A stretch of DNA of 52,941 nt from Saprolegnia diclina VS20 (GCF_000281045.1 NW_008246084.1:575770-628710), one strand, 5' to 3'; counted from the first letter of the stretch, positions 1-11,779 are shown. Numbers and translations: made by a program. Notes: generated from the sequence alone by a model not told the origin.

Positions 1-193
1 TGAGGTGGTGCCCATTGCCTGGGACAGGCAAGTGAACGTGTGCACTCTTGACTCGTAGCTAATGCCGCCCCTCTGCCAACGATAACGCATCCTCTTGAAT
101 AGTACATGTAAGACGATACGAGAAGAAAAACCAAAATGTGCGCTTCGTTATGAACCCACTTTGCGATTGCTGGCATCGGGCATCGATCTCGAC

Positions 194-822
194 TCATGGG
201 CTCATACTGCCGAGGGTCTCGGGCGTTGGCACGATGATCGCCTTGCAGAGCGGGCATACATGGTTACGAGTGATCCACGGCTTGATGCAGTCGTTGTGGA
301 AGACATGCGCGCACGGTAGCGTCACCACCAACTTGCCGGCCTCGAAGAAATCGGTGCATATGTTGCATCGACAGCCAAAACGTGAGCGCCTCGGACGAAC
401 TTCATGCATGCTGTATCGTACTCGTGGTCCGACGCCGCATCTTGAGGCCACGTCACCTTCTCGAGGAACTGCCACACAAAGTTTGTGAGCGCAGAGTAGT
501 TATCCAAGCTCGCGCGCGTGGTCTCATAGTGCTAAGAGTGCGTCAACACCATGGGGAAATGGACTAATTGCATCTACCTCGGGCGAGATCAGTAGCGCTG
601 TCTCGAGCTGCTCGTCCACGAGGGCTTCGAACTTCTCGAGCACCGCCTTCTTCTGCAAGTACGCGTAAGGACCTCGTCGCCAGACGAGCCAGGATGTACC
701 TTCAAGCGGTCGACCTCCGCTTTGGCCTCGATGAGCTGGCGCCGCAGTCCTTCAGCTTCGTCATGCTTCTCCTTGTAGAGCGTCTCCATTTTCTCGGCTT
801 GCTCGCGGAAGACGTGGTCCAT
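194..822 (-). CDS. RING-H2 zinc finger E3 ubiquitin ligase with N-terminal coiled coil (spliced, ~3 introns)
   Basis: Last exon encodes CNIC...LPCAHVFHNDC...CPLC (RING-H2 pattern). Upstream exons MDHVFREQAEK... and KKAVLEKFE... join through short GT-AG introns. The last acceptor is uncertain. Confidence 0.75.
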
Positions 823-1982
823 TGCTGTCTGCGCTGCCACGGGTGTTGACGCGGCAAATTCGACTCTGTGGTGCCAAGATCGCAAACTCCCGGATACGAC
901 AGATGTTATCCGGTCCACCATCCGGATAATTCGCACCGGTGCGGTGTATCCGGATTCTGCCGAGCGTTTCAGGATGGCGCGAACTGATGAGAGCGGACCT
1001 GGTGATGACGCAGGGCGCGTGCACGCGGTACGGAAGTTCCACGGGCAAGAACCATTCTCAAGTCGAGTCGATGCGCCTGCTACTGCTCCTGCCGATCGTA
1101 CGAGCGCCCGTTCGACGACCGTTCTTGAGCGCCATACTACTAGTACTGTCGGCACACGTCGTGACTCTCGACCCGAGTCGCGATAAGCTCTACGACAGCT
1201 TCCACTTTCTACGTCCGAGTTGCTGGACTGACCGCAAGATGCGTCTCGCAAACTAGCAGTGGACATAACGACGCGCTTTCCCGCACGGAGGTTCGAACAC
1301 CGACCATGAACCACAGCGCTGTCATCGTGCTTGTACAGTACAGTTAACACTGTACACCACTGCTCCAACTCAATTGCGGCGATGACGATCCAGAACCACG
1401 CGGGACCTTACTAATAATGGGACTCACCTCTATAATGTCGGCTTCGAAATACTCTGTGCACACAACCGGCGCACCCAAGGGATGTATCACTCGGGCGTAC
1501 CCAACGAAGAGAGGCCACTAGTCGATGAGTTGCTAGCTATCTTAAGCATGAGCGGCGACAACACGATGGGCTAGCCGGGTCAATCTAGTGATCACCAGAA
1601 GATCCACCAAAGTTGTGGCTATAACACGTCGTTGCCCTAACCCCGCCCGCAAGTGCAAGGTGCCACGTTTTTTGGCAACCACCACTGGCACGTCATCGCT
1701 AATAACACCTGAAGGCTAGGATTTCTTCGTGTTGGCGCCCAAACCACTTTTACCTTCCACGGTGTGCACAATATTGTCCTCGCGAACCCGACGAACCTCG
1801 CAAGCGCATCGAATCGCGGACGGCGCACCCAAGTCGAATCCACTGTATACGTATCCCCCCTTCCTGCATCATACAAATATTAAGTTTAAAATATCGGCGC
1901 CCAACGATGCGCACGGCGCAAGGCCATTGGCTGGTGGCAACGAGGGGCGAAGGGCAGTGAAGGGAGACGGCCATTTTGCAAG

Positions 1983-3437
1983 ATGCTCAGCACCCGCGCT
2001 TTGACCCGCTCGCTCCGCGCCCCGGCGTACGCCCGCTTCGCCAGCTCCGTGCGCTCGGAGACCGACTCGATCGGCGCCGTTGACGTCGACGCCTCCAAGT
2101 ACTGGGGCGCGCAGACGCAGCGCTCGCTGCAGAACTTCCCCATTGGCGGTGGCCGCGAGCGCATGCCGATGCCGGTCATCAAGGCCATGGGCATCGTCAA
2201 GAAGTGTGCTGCCAAGTACAACCTCAAGCTCGGCAAGCTTGATGCGGCGGTCGCGGAGAACATCATCAAGGCCGCCGACGACGTCATCTCGGGCAAGCTC
2301 GACGACCACTTCCCGCTCGTTGTCTTCCAGACCGGCTCGGGCACGCAGTCCAACATGAACACGAACGAGGTGATTTCGAACCGCGCGATCGAGTACATGG
2401 GCGGCGAGCTCGGCTCCAAGAAGCCGGTGCACCCGAACGACCACGTCAACATGGGCCAGTCCTCGAACGACTCGTTCCCGACCGCGATGCACATTGCGGC
2501 GGTCATGGAGATCCACCGCGTGCTCCTCCCGGGCCTCCACAAGCTCCACGACGCGCTTGACGTCAAGGTTAAGGAGTTTGATGGCATCATCAAGATTGGC
2601 CGCACGCACACGCAGGACGCGACGCCGCTCACGCTCGGCCAAGAGTTCTCGGGCTACCGCGAGCAGATCGCGTACTCGATCAAGCGCGTCGAGGCCGTCC
2701 TCCCCAACTTGTACAAGCTGGCGCTCGGCGGCACGGCCGTCGGCACGGGCCTCAACACGACCAAGGGCTACGACAAGGAAATCGCGGCCATCATCGCGGC
2801 CGAGACGGGCTTTCCGTTCGTGACGGCGCCCAACAAGTTTGAGGCGCTCGCGGCCAACGACGCGGTCGTCGAGGCCAGCGGTGCCATGAACACGATTGCG
2901 TGCTCGCTCATGAAGATCGCCAACGACATCCGCTTCCTCGGGTCGGGCCCGCGCTCGGGTCTTGGCGAGCTCAACTTGCCCGCGAACGAGCCGGGCTCGA
3001 GCATCATGCCCGGCAAGGTCAACCCGACGCAGTGCGAAGCCATCACGATGGTGTGCGCGCAGGTCATTGGCAACCACGTTGCGGTCACGGTCGGCGGCTC
3101 GAACGGCCACTTTGAGCTCAACGTCTTCAAGCCCGTCATGATCTCCAACTTGATCTCGTCCGTGCGCCTCATTGGTGACAGCTGCGCCGCCTTCACCGAC
3201 AACTGCGTCGTCGGCATTGAAGCCAACCTCGACACGATCGACCGCCTCATGAAGAACTCGCTCATGCTCGTGACGGCGCTCAACTCGCACATTGGCTACG
3301 ACAACGCGTCCAAGGTCGCCAAGAAGGCCCACAAGGAGGGCACGACGCTCAAGGAAGCCGTCGTCGAGCTCGGCTTGCTCACGGCCGAAGAGTTTGACCG
3401 CTACGTCCGCCCCGAAGACATGATTGGCCCCAAGTAA
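1983..3437 (+). CDS. fumC: Fumarate hydratase class II, mitochondrial
   Basis: Intronless 484-aa ORF with [11 protein letters not shown] signature, [18 protein letters not shown] and SSNDSFPT. Arg/Ser-rich N-terminal transit peptide. Confidence 0.98.
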   Translation: MLSTRALTRSLRAPAYARFASSVRSETDSIGAVDVDASKYWGAQTQRSLQNFPIGGGRERMPMPVIKAMGIVKKCAAKYNLKLGKLDAAVAENIIKAADDVISGKLDDHFPLVVFQTGSGTQSNMNTNEVISNRAIEYMGGELGSKKPVHPNDHVNMGQSSNDSFPTAMHIAAVMEIHRVLLPGLHKLHDALDVKVKEFDGIIKIGRTHTQDATPLTLGQEFSGYREQIAYSIKRVEAVLPNLYKLALGGTAVGTGLNTTKGYDKEIAAIIAAETGFPFVTAPNKFEALAANDAVVEASGAMNTIACSLMKIANDIRFLGSGPRSGLGELNLPANEPGSSIMPGKVNPTQCEAITMVCAQVIGNHVAVTVGGSNGHFELNVFKPVMISNLISSVRLIGDSCAAFTDNCVVGIEANLDTIDRLMKNSLMLVTALNSHIGYDNASKVAKKAHKEGTTLKEAVVELGLLTAEEFDRYVRPEDMIGPK

Positions 3438-3882
3438 GCCAATTACGAGACGCTACAGTTGACCGTTGGTGTGGTGCGGATATTGTTGTGGTGGTGGCCG
3501 GCAAAGTTTAGTTAGTCGAGCGGCAGGTCTTAGTCGATCCTAGTTGCACTTGGCGGCCTCCATGCTGATTGGCCAAACATGCCTGCGATCTTTCGGTACA
3601 ATTACGAAAAGGGGGTGCTGCCATGTTCCCCTTTTGGATCGCGTGGGGCACCTCGCGGCGACAGTGAAGGTCAGGACGTTCCTCCCATGCACGTACTCAA
3701 GTACACGGTACATGGGCTTCGTGGACGATCGATGAGAATCCTGTTTTGACGCACGGGAGCATCGGCGTGCGCCCTTCAAGTGGTCGCGAAAACACCCCTT
3801 TAGATTACAAAGGCGCCTTTTTTCGAACGTTTTGGTTTCCACGGTTGAGCCCTCTCACTCACTTTGCCTTTCGTCTGCCCCG

Positions 3883-5394
3883 ATGCTCCAGCTCGTGGCG
3901 CTCTTCTGCCTCGCGGCCATCGGCGCCGCCCAGGACGTCCTCGTCTCGCTGCCCGTCACGGTCAACGGCGCCACGAAGAACCTCGAGCTGCACCGCGGCC
4001 AGACCGTCGAGAGCGCCGCCGTCTCGTTCATGGAGCTCCATGGGCTCATCGACAATGGCCTCGAGTCGGAGAATTCGCAAAAGGTGGTTCAGTACCTTGC
4101 GAGCCAGCTCCGTGAGAAGGCGCCGAAGGACGAGGTGTTCATTACGATGCCGTTGACCATCGACGGGTCGGTCGCGGACCTTGTGCTGTACAAGAACGAG
4201 GCGCCGGTCGACGCGGTGAGCCGCTTCTTGCGCGACTCGGCGCTCTCGGAAGATGCAAAGACACAGGCGCACCCACAGATCCTCGATTTGCTCACCGAGC
4301 GCGTGCGCGACGAGGCGACGCCGGCGCCTAGCCAGCCAGCAGCCCAGTTTGTGCTGGACCTTACGATCGATGGCCAAGCCACCGCGATTGCCCATTACGC
4401 TGGCCAGGACCCGCTCGTGGAAGCGCGCGCCTTTCTCGCGGGGCTCGGCGTCACGGACGAAGGCTACATGCAAAACGTCATGCCGCAGATCGCGCAGATG
4501 CTCCAGAGCCGCATCGACGAGCTCGCCTCGCCCAAAGAGCTTTTCTCGTTGCCCGTGACGCTCAACGACCAGGCCATGCTGCTCGTGCACTACGACAACA
4601 CCGAGCCATCGCAGTCCGCGACGGCGTTCCTGCAGAAAAACGGGCTCACGGACACGGCGACCGTCAACGCGCTACTGCCGCAGCTTGTCCAAATGATTAC
4701 GAACCAGCTGACGCAGCAGGCGGGGAGTGTGCAGGCAGAGAGCGCGTCGCCGACGCGCGAGCCGCTCTTCTCGCTGCCGATCACGCTCGGGTCCATGGAG
4801 CAGCCGTGCAACTACTTTGAAGGCGACAGTCCGGAGCTCACGGCGCAGCTCTTCCTCGAGACGCACGGGCTCGCGGCCAGCGCCGAGTATGCATCGCTGC
4901 TGTCGCAGCTCACGTCGCTCTTGCAGGAACGCATCAACGCCATCAACGGCGAGCGGTCGGCGGCGGCGACGGCCACCACCGAGCGCGCGCTCACGATCCC
5001 AATCAACGTCGGTGGCACCGACGTGCCGCTGTCGTTCTACCCGAACCAAGACCCGGCGGTCGTGGCGGCGGCGTTCTGTGAGGCGCAGCTCCGGGCCGCG
5101 AGTGCCGACGACATGCAAGCGTGCAAGGTCGTCTTGTACCAGACGATCACGGGTGTGCTGGACCGTCTCGAGGCCGAAGCGATGGCCCAAACGACGCCGC
5201 CATCGACCGAGCGCAAGCTCTTGGTGACGCTCGACATTGATCTCGGCGAGGGCAAGTCGGCCATCCTCCTGTACTACGCCGGCGAGAGCACGGACGCGAC
5301 GGTCCGCGCCTTTTGCGACGCCAACGCCATCGACACGGAGAACATTCCGTTTCTGCTCGACGAGCTTCAAAAGCAGATCGACGCGCTGCAGTAA
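3883..5394 (+). CDS. Secreted protein with seven tandem ~70-aa PFU-like repeats
   Basis: ATG at 3883 gives signal peptide MLQLVALFCLAAIGAA. Repeat consensus is roughly [LF]xLP[IV]T[ILV]xG...LxxYxGxxPxxxAxxFLxxxGL. Codon usage is coding-like. Confidence 0.85.
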   Translation: MLQLVALFCLAAIGAAQDVLVSLPVTVNGATKNLELHRGQTVESAAVSFMELHGLIDNGLESENSQKVVQYLASQLREKAPKDEVFITMPLTIDGSVADLVLYKNEAPVDAVSRFLRDSALSEDAKTQAHPQILDLLTERVRDEATPAPSQPAAQFVLDLTIDGQATAIAHYAGQDPLVEARAFLAGLGVTDEGYMQNVMPQIAQMLQSRIDELASPKELFSLPVTLNDQAMLLVHYDNTEPSQSATAFLQKNGLTDTATVNALLPQLVQMITNQLTQQAGSVQAESASPTREPLFSLPITLGSMEQPCNYFEGDSPELTAQLFLETHGLAASAEYASLLSQLTSLLQERINAINGERSAAATATTERALTIPINVGGTDVPLSFYPNQDPAVVAAAFCEAQLRAASADDMQACKVVLYQTITGVLDRLEAEAMAQTTPPSTERKLLVTLDIDLGEGKSAILLYYAGESTDATVRAFCDANAIDTENIPFLLDELQKQIDALQ

Positions 5395-5480
5395 GATTGG
5401 GACGCTTGGAAGACAGTTGAATCTGAATCTCAAAACTTTTTCTTCCATGCAATACCATCCACTGTCGTGGCGCCACCGCG

Positions 5481-7502
5481 CTAATCGACTTCGTCCAGCG
5501 GATCGTCCGATACGTGGTACTTCCTTCGCAGCTCTTCGTCCGAGTCGTACGCAGCCTCGGGCGACGACGTTGTCTCGGCCAGCAGATCTTGCATGGCCTC
5601 CTCAAGCGTCGCCATGTCTGGGTCCACCGCTTCGCTCCGGGCGACTGTCGGTGCAGTGCGAGCGACTGTCGGTGCAGTACGAGCGACCGCCGGGGCGGTT
5701 CGAGTGACCTCTGGTGCGGCCACCGTGCGGGCGACCACGGGTGCTGGTGGCGGCTGCAAGACGTCGTTGGCCATCGACAGCATCGCTTGGACGAGCTCCC
5801 GCGGGTCGCCGTTGGCAGCAGCCACCATGACGTCGTGTGTCGTGTGGCTGTAGAGGTGGTGCAAAAACCGCTGGACGTCTGGGTGCGCCCGCAAGACCGT
5901 CGCCATGCGTACGTGCTCGTCGTCGTCGTCATCGTCGTCACCGCCACGCCCGAAAAAGTAGCCCCGGTACTGCTCCATGAGGTCCTCGTCGTTCTCGTAG
6001 TACTCGTCGTCGTCCGCGTCATCGTCATACTCGGCCTCGTCCGCGTCAAAGTAGTCGTCATCTTCGTAGTACGAGCCGTCATAGTCGTCATCGTCGTCAT
6101 ACTCGTCGTCGTCGTCATACTCGGCCTCGCATTCCTCCTCGTCTTCCTCGGACTCGTACTTGTCGAGGTAGCCTTCGTAGTCCAACGGGGTGTTGCCAAT
6201 CGCCCGTCGCCGCTCGGCGTCGTCCACGTCGGTGGCTACAAGAAAAGGCTACATACACGCCACTTCCTGGGTCGAATGGAGCTATACCAAAGGGAGAGTA
6301 GCGGAATGGCGTCGCGCCAAAGTTGACTGTCATAGGGTACGTCGTGTTGGTGCCAACGCACGGAAAGAGCCCGCGGTCCATGTTCATGGCAAACTCGGTG
6401 TCTAATTGCACGCGACTTAGCATCTTCCGAAATGAACATGGACGCACCAAAGCGACGGCCGTTCTTGGTCAAAAAGATCGTGGCTCCATGGTTGTAGTGA
6501 ATGCCACAGCCGACCGTATCCGAAGGCCCGTACGTCCCGACGACCACGGGGCCCTACACACACCATGATGCTCGGCGCGTTGGAGGATCAGGCAGCGTAC
6601 ATCGGGCTCGGTCATGTACGCGCCATCATTGCTGTGGTACCCGTACGACGATGGCTCCCAGCCTAGACGACCACATTACGATCTTGCATCTGCGGTTGCA
6701 CGACGATACCAGCATGGTTTTCGAGCAGCTCCATGGACGATGCGACGAAGCCGACCGAGAAGAAGCCGTTGGCGTTGTTGGCATCGCCAGGGTCCCGCGG
6801 CCTACGCGCGCGAGATGAGCCCACCGACTGCAACATGGCGACCTACTCGATGGGCGTCGCAGCAAACGAGACTTCAAAGTACACGGTCAAGACGACGTCG
6901 ACGACGAACGGTCCCGTCTCGGTCGGACGGTGCACGACGACCGTAGGACCGAACTGGACGGGCACGTTGGACCGGACGCTGCGCCCTTCCGAGTATTCGC
7001 CATCGAGGAATGTTGTCATGGCGAAGCGCTGCGGCGCCCCGACGTCGCGGCCCGTGAGGTCGGTGATGCTACAAGTGACGTCAGTGGGTTCTACAGAGGT
7101 AGGTATATGCACGCACACGTATTCGTCGCGGTCGTCCTCGTCAAACTCGTGGAGAAAGTCGAGGTCCATCGTCGATGGCACCATGCGCATGGCCTGGCAG
7201 AGATAATGGTAGGCATCGCTGTGTCTACGGGCGCATGAGATTTCGGATATATGCATGGGCCAAGCGTACCGAGGGTACTTGGCGGCGAGGAAGGGCGAGA
7301 GCACGAGCGGCGCCGGGATGGCAAAGTTGACCGAGGCCCACTGGCGGCGGAAGACGTTCTTCCAGAGCGCATCGCGCTCCTTGATGAGCCCGTGGAGGAG
7401 GCGCGAGGTTAGCGAGAGCGCGCGCAGGCCATGCGAGTCCAAGCAGCCGACGATCCGCTCCACGAGGTCGTGGGGCAGCGTCTCGAAGCGAGCAACGTCC
7501 AT
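5481..7502 (-). CDS. F-box/SPRY domain protein with long acidic C-terminal tail (multi-exon)
   Basis: N-terminal F-box (FETLPHDLVERIVGCLDSHGLRALSLTSR..W). SPRY motifs YFEV, YGPSDTVGCGI, IFLTKNG and VNFGATPFR. A final intron joins in frame to the D/E/Y-rich ORF 5481-6227. Confidence 0.8.
5636..5735 (-). repeat. 21-bp coding tandem repeat (PTVARTA units)
   Basis: gcgactgtcggtgcagt(g/a)cga repeated; protein reads TRTAPAVARTAPTVARTAPTVARS. Confidence 0.75.
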
Positions 7503-7860
7503 CGTCGGCAAGTGGCAAAACCAAGCGTGCGTATCCGGATCCGCTACCAAGTGCGCGAACGTGGGACGCGCGGGGAGCGGCGATCTTTGAAAATCAAGCC
7601 ACGCCAGCGCCAAGTCCAGTCCCAGGACCAGATCTAAGAAATCAGAGATCTGGCAATAGTCATTTCTTAGCAGACTCTCAATCTCGGTCCACGCTCTTGA
7701 TCGCGACGACATCCAGTCGCGGCTTGGGCTGCATCGCGACGGTGCGCGCGTTTCCAGTTCACTTTGATGTTATGAGGCTCAAATATAACCATACGAATGA
7801 AGAGTTTTGAGATTGACGGAATGTCTAGCGAGTTGAGTGTCTAAATAAGAAAGACCAAAT

Positions 7861-9585
7861 TTACAGGTCGAGCTTCTCCAAGAGGAGCTTCGTGCCAGCT
7901 TGGGCCTTGGCCTCCTTCGAGAGCTTCTTGGCCTTGACTGCGCTCAACAGCGTCTTCTTGGACGCTTCGTGTTCCAAGAACGCAACAAGCACGAACGCAC
8001 CGCGGTTCGACGCCGCCCAGTCGCCAATCGTGGCCGGCGAGAGCGCCGAGAGCAACGCCGCCGACAACTTGGTGTCCTTGAGCATGCGCTGCAAGTGCTT
8101 GTGGGCGAGCACGTCGCTGTAGAGCGGCTCCGCACCTTCTTCCGGCTCGTCAGCGACAATCGCCGCCGCGACCGCGGTCAAAAGCCCAGCGTTTTCTGTC
8201 GCCTTGAGCACCTCGTAGAGCACGTGGCCACCCATCTTGGAGCGGAGGAGCTCGGCCGCGTGCTCCGTGCACATGGCTTCGATCGTCGGCTGCAGACCCT
8301 TCCAGAGCTCCTTGCGGCGGACCGCCGGGTCCTTCTTGTAGTTGACAACCATCTCGCCGTCGCTGCCGGGAATCATGGGCGGCTGGAGGAGCGCAATCTC
8401 ATCCGGGCCAAGGTACTTGGAGTTGAGCGGCGAGAGCAGTTGAAGGAGGAGCTTGGCGCCGTTCGGGTGCAACGCGACTTCGTGCCAATGGCCGTGGAGC
8501 TCCGAGAGGACCGACTTTTGAACAAGCACGGTATCATCGACGACGTCCATGACGCGCATGATGACGAGGTAGCCCGAGATGTGGTTGGTCGCTTCGAGCA
8601 CCTTGTCCTTGAGCGTCTTGATGACGCGCTTGCGGTCCTTCGGGTTCCCGAGTGCGAGCGTCATCGTGACGACCTTGGCGCCGTTGCGCGTCGCAAGCAG
8701 CGCGACGGCCGCGTCACGGACGTTCGGGACCATCGCGTTGACCTGGTCGGCGGACGCGACCGTCATGTACTCGAGGAGGAGCGACTGCACGTACGACATG
8801 CCGAGGAGCTGCTTGTCGATCATCTTGTTGAGGATGTCGGCCACGTGCAAGAGGATCTCTTCCTTCTTGGAGGGCGACTGCGCAACGATGTCGGCGAGCG
8901 TCTTCTTGGCGCCCTTCGCTTCGTACTCGCCCTTGAAGAGCGCGAACTCCTTGCCGTAAAACTCAAGCTTGAGGCCCGAGAGCTGGCGCGGCTGGAGGTA
9001 CTCGTGCGCGGCCTCGAGGATGTTGGCGGCGACGTTGTGCGTCCCGAGCTTGACGACATGGCCCGTCATCTCCTTCACAATGAGCGCACGGTCGTCCTTG
9101 CCGCCGTACTTGAGCATTTTCTGCACGAGGAAGTACCCGTACTGCATCTTGCTGAGCTCGAGAATGTACGGCTGGAGCTCCTTGACCGCGCCCGAGCGCT
9201 GCGCCGGCGAGCCAAACTTGAGAAGCGACTGGATCACGCGCGAGGCGTCGTGCTTGGCGGCCACGTCGTAGATCTTGCCCTGGACGAGGCCGTAGAGCTC
9301 GTCGCAGAGCGCCGTGCGCTTGGGCTTCTCGACGTTGCGCTCGCGGATGATGTTCCAGATCTCCTTGGCGCGCTTGACGACCTCGTAGTGCGGGCGGTTC
9401 ATCTTGCGCTGGAGCTTGTAGTCGATCGGCTCCTTGCTGCTCTTGCCGTCCTTGTTGAAGGGCTTCTTCACAAACGGCTTCTTCTCGGTCGACTTGCCAT
9501 CCTTCTTGTCGAACTTGGGCTTCTTGGCCGCCTTGTCGCTGGCGCCGCCACTCGGCCGCTTCGTCCCTGCGTTCGTCGGAGCCAT
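7861..9585 (-). CDS. PUM3: Pumilio homolog 3 / Puf6-like nucleolar RNA-binding protein (PUF repeats + CPL domain)
   Basis: Lys-rich N-terminus, KHDASRVIQSLLKFG, PKDRKRVIKTLK, VDDT..V.K, KKDP.VRR.EL and NRGAFV motifs typical of PUM3/Puf6. ATG at 9585. Confidence 0.92.
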   Translation of the reverse strand: MAPTNAGTKRPSGGASDKAAKKPKFDKKDGKSTEKKPFVKKPFNKDGKSSKEPIDYKLQRKMNRPHYEVVKRAKEIWNIIRERNVEKPKRTALCDELYGLVQGKIYDVAAKHDASRVIQSLLKFGSPAQRSGAVKELQPYILELSKMQYGYFLVQKMLKYGGKDDRALIVKEMTGHVVKLGTHNVAANILEAAHEYLQPRQLSGLKLEFYGKEFALFKGEYEAKGAKKTLADIVAQSPSKKEEILLHVADILNKMIDKQLLGMSYVQSLLLEYMTVASADQVNAMVPNVRDAAVALLATRNGAKVVTMTLALGNPKDRKRVIKTLKDKVLEATNHISGYLVIMRVMDVVDDTVLVQKSVLSELHGHWHEVALHPNGAKLLLQLLSPLNSKYLGPDEIALLQPPMIPGSDGEMVVNYKKDPAVRRKELWKGLQPTIEAMCTEHAAELLRSKMGGHVLYEVLKATENAGLLTAVAAAIVADEPEEGAEPLYSDVLAHKHLQRMLKDTKLSAALLSALSPATIGDWAASNRGAFVLVAFLEHEASKKTLLSAVKAKKLSKEAKAQAGTKLLLEKLDL

Positions 9586-9646
9586 CGTTTTGAGTTTGAC
9601 GCAAGCAGTGAATTTGAACTTTTTAACGAGCACCAGTCAAATTCTT

Positions 9647-9725
9647 ATTGGTGCGCTATCCGGATAAACCGAAACGCACCAATCGAAGGCGAGGAACCTG
9701 TGGATTGGAGCACCCTGCACCAATC
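9647..9725. promoter_or_regulatory. Cluster of four CCAAT boxes (two inverted pairs) upstream of PUM3
   Basis: ATTGG at 9647, CCAAT at 9679, ATTGG at 9704 and CCAAT at 9720, lying 60-140 bp upstream of the ATG. Confidence 0.6.
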
Positions 9726-9985
9726 ACGCGCCGCGATTCGCCAAAAGATCTAGCTCCGCCTTGCCATCGCGAGCAGGGGCGCAGAACCGTGCGACACGAG
9801 CGTCAAATGCATGGCATTCGAATGAAGCAGCAACGTGGCATGGACCAGCGTGAGCCAACGCCGTCGACCGTGCCCTCGGTGCGCGAATGACCCAGTTGTG
9901 CCAACGCCACGACGGGAGCGTACAGCGCTGGCAACATGACAAAGCAGTATGTAGTTAGCTACTTAGCACCGCCTCGATGCATGAA

Positions 9986-11779
9986 CTACTCCAGCCATTG
10001 GCACGCGCCCAGCGGTTTGGTCAAGCGGTAAATGGCTGCGTTCGTCGTCTTGTCGACTTCGATCGCGACGTGACCAAAGACTTGGTCGTCGACGCCCGTA
10101 GCGACCTCCAAGCCGCGCTGATGCACATCGAGCGTGGTCATCAGGCTCAAGCGGATGCACGCTGTGGCATCGCCCTTGTCGTCGTAGAGCACAGCGAAGC
10201 AGTCGGTGCCGCGCTGGCTCAAGCACGGCGACTGCCGCATCGCCGGCAACGTCTGGCAAAACGCATAGATGCCACCGCCTTTAAAGTGGAGGCCCGGCGT
10301 CTGCAGCAGGTTGCGGCCCATGATCAAGCGCCATAGCAGTTGGTGTTTGTAGTCGTTGAAGGCTGGTGACGCAAACTTGGAGAGCGTCGCGCCCGCTAAG
10401 GACAAGACATTAGTGTCCCTTCGCACATTGATCCAACATGTACCAGAGGGCGCGATTAGCACTGGTAGAAGCGGGACGCGGCCCCACCCCAATAGCATCG
10501 GCAAGAGGCTAATGGTGAGGAAGAAGACGACGAGTGCATACAACACTTGAATCGTGCTCGGGTGGACGGCCGGCGCGTTGAAGAACCAGAGGTAGAGTTG
10601 CACAAATACACTCGACTGGCCTTGCGCATACGTGAGCGGCCCCGCAACAAGCGAGGCTGTGAGCCAGAGAACTGTGGGGTCGAGCGGCGTAAAATGGTCT
10701 TCGGCGCCGCGCTTTTTCAGGACTTGGGTCAGTCCCGACATAAACGCATAGGCAAGCCACGCCTAGTGGAGGGTTAGGTGTCGCAAAGCCCCAGCTGGAT
10801 ACCGTCCGCGAGAGGTAGACGTAAGCCGTAAAGTGAAACCAAAGAGCATCAACCTGGACGACTGCGAGCATGGCCGAGCCAATCACGGGCGCACTGAGCC
10901 AAAGGTCCACACACATACCTAGCGTCGAGACCAAGTCGCCGAGCACGAGGCTCGTGGGGTCGCCCACAAACAACGTGACGCGCGACGCGGGGTAGCGTTG
11001 GCAGGACGCAATCGCTTGGATGACGACGCGGTAGTAGAGGCGCCAGACGAGAAACACCATGTACAGGACCAGCGCCATGCGAAGCATCAGCTTTGCTTTC
11101 AAGAAGCCGACCGACGGCGACATGCGGAACGAACTGTAGTACGTGTAGATGCCAGCTTCTGCCGACTCTTCCAAGTCGTTCCCTGGTACGATCCACATGC
11201 AGATGATGGACGCTTCGAGGTGCAGCGCGTGGTTTTGCTGGCAGCCGCCGACGCCGCGACGGGATGGCTCGGCGGCGAAGGCGCAGAGCGTATCTTGGAG
11301 GCTCGTGCTGAGAAGCGCGCCGTTGTTGAGCGTGTACACAAAGCTTTTGTGGCAAGCGTTCGAGGGAATGGGCGCGCTGAGGTTGACGGTCATGCGGTGC
11401 ATGTCCATGCTGCCTGCGACGTCGTGCTTGTACGGTGCGCCAGGCAGAAAGGCCGCCCTATGGTAGCTTGCATCGATGCGGTAGCACTGCCATGGCGTTC
11501 TACCGGTGCTGGCTGTAGTTGAGCCAATAGACTGACGCGTCGCGCCAGTTGCCGTCCACGCTCGGGCGGTCCACCGGCGTCTCGATCTGCCACGGGTAGC
11601 TCTCGTACAGATACGCTTGCATCGGCTATGCAATGAACCATGATCGATCAAGGAGCGTACAAAGCGCGTACACTCAGAACGACGTAGAGGGCCCAAGCGA
11701 GGCTGACGTAGAGCGACCGGCGGCTCACGGCCACGACGGCCGCGGGCGGACTCGGCGCGGCAGGCAGGACGGCCGACAT
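9986..11779 (-). CDS. Uncharacterised multipass membrane protein, family copy 1 (multi-exon)
   Basis: Shares LNNGA.LS, GDPTSL, D.WLSA.VIGS, LTY.QGQS, FND.KH, GG.(I/L), LSQRG.DC and C.W.E* motifs and intron positions with copies 2 and 3. Confidence 0.8.

Noticed and set aside
1869..3332. Long antisense ORFs opposite fumarase (likewise 7900-9753, 31948-33414, 33993-35660, 36703-38862, 40221-41222)
   Set aside because: Shadow ORFs caused by strong GC3 codon bias of the real genes on the other strand; no recognisable motifs.
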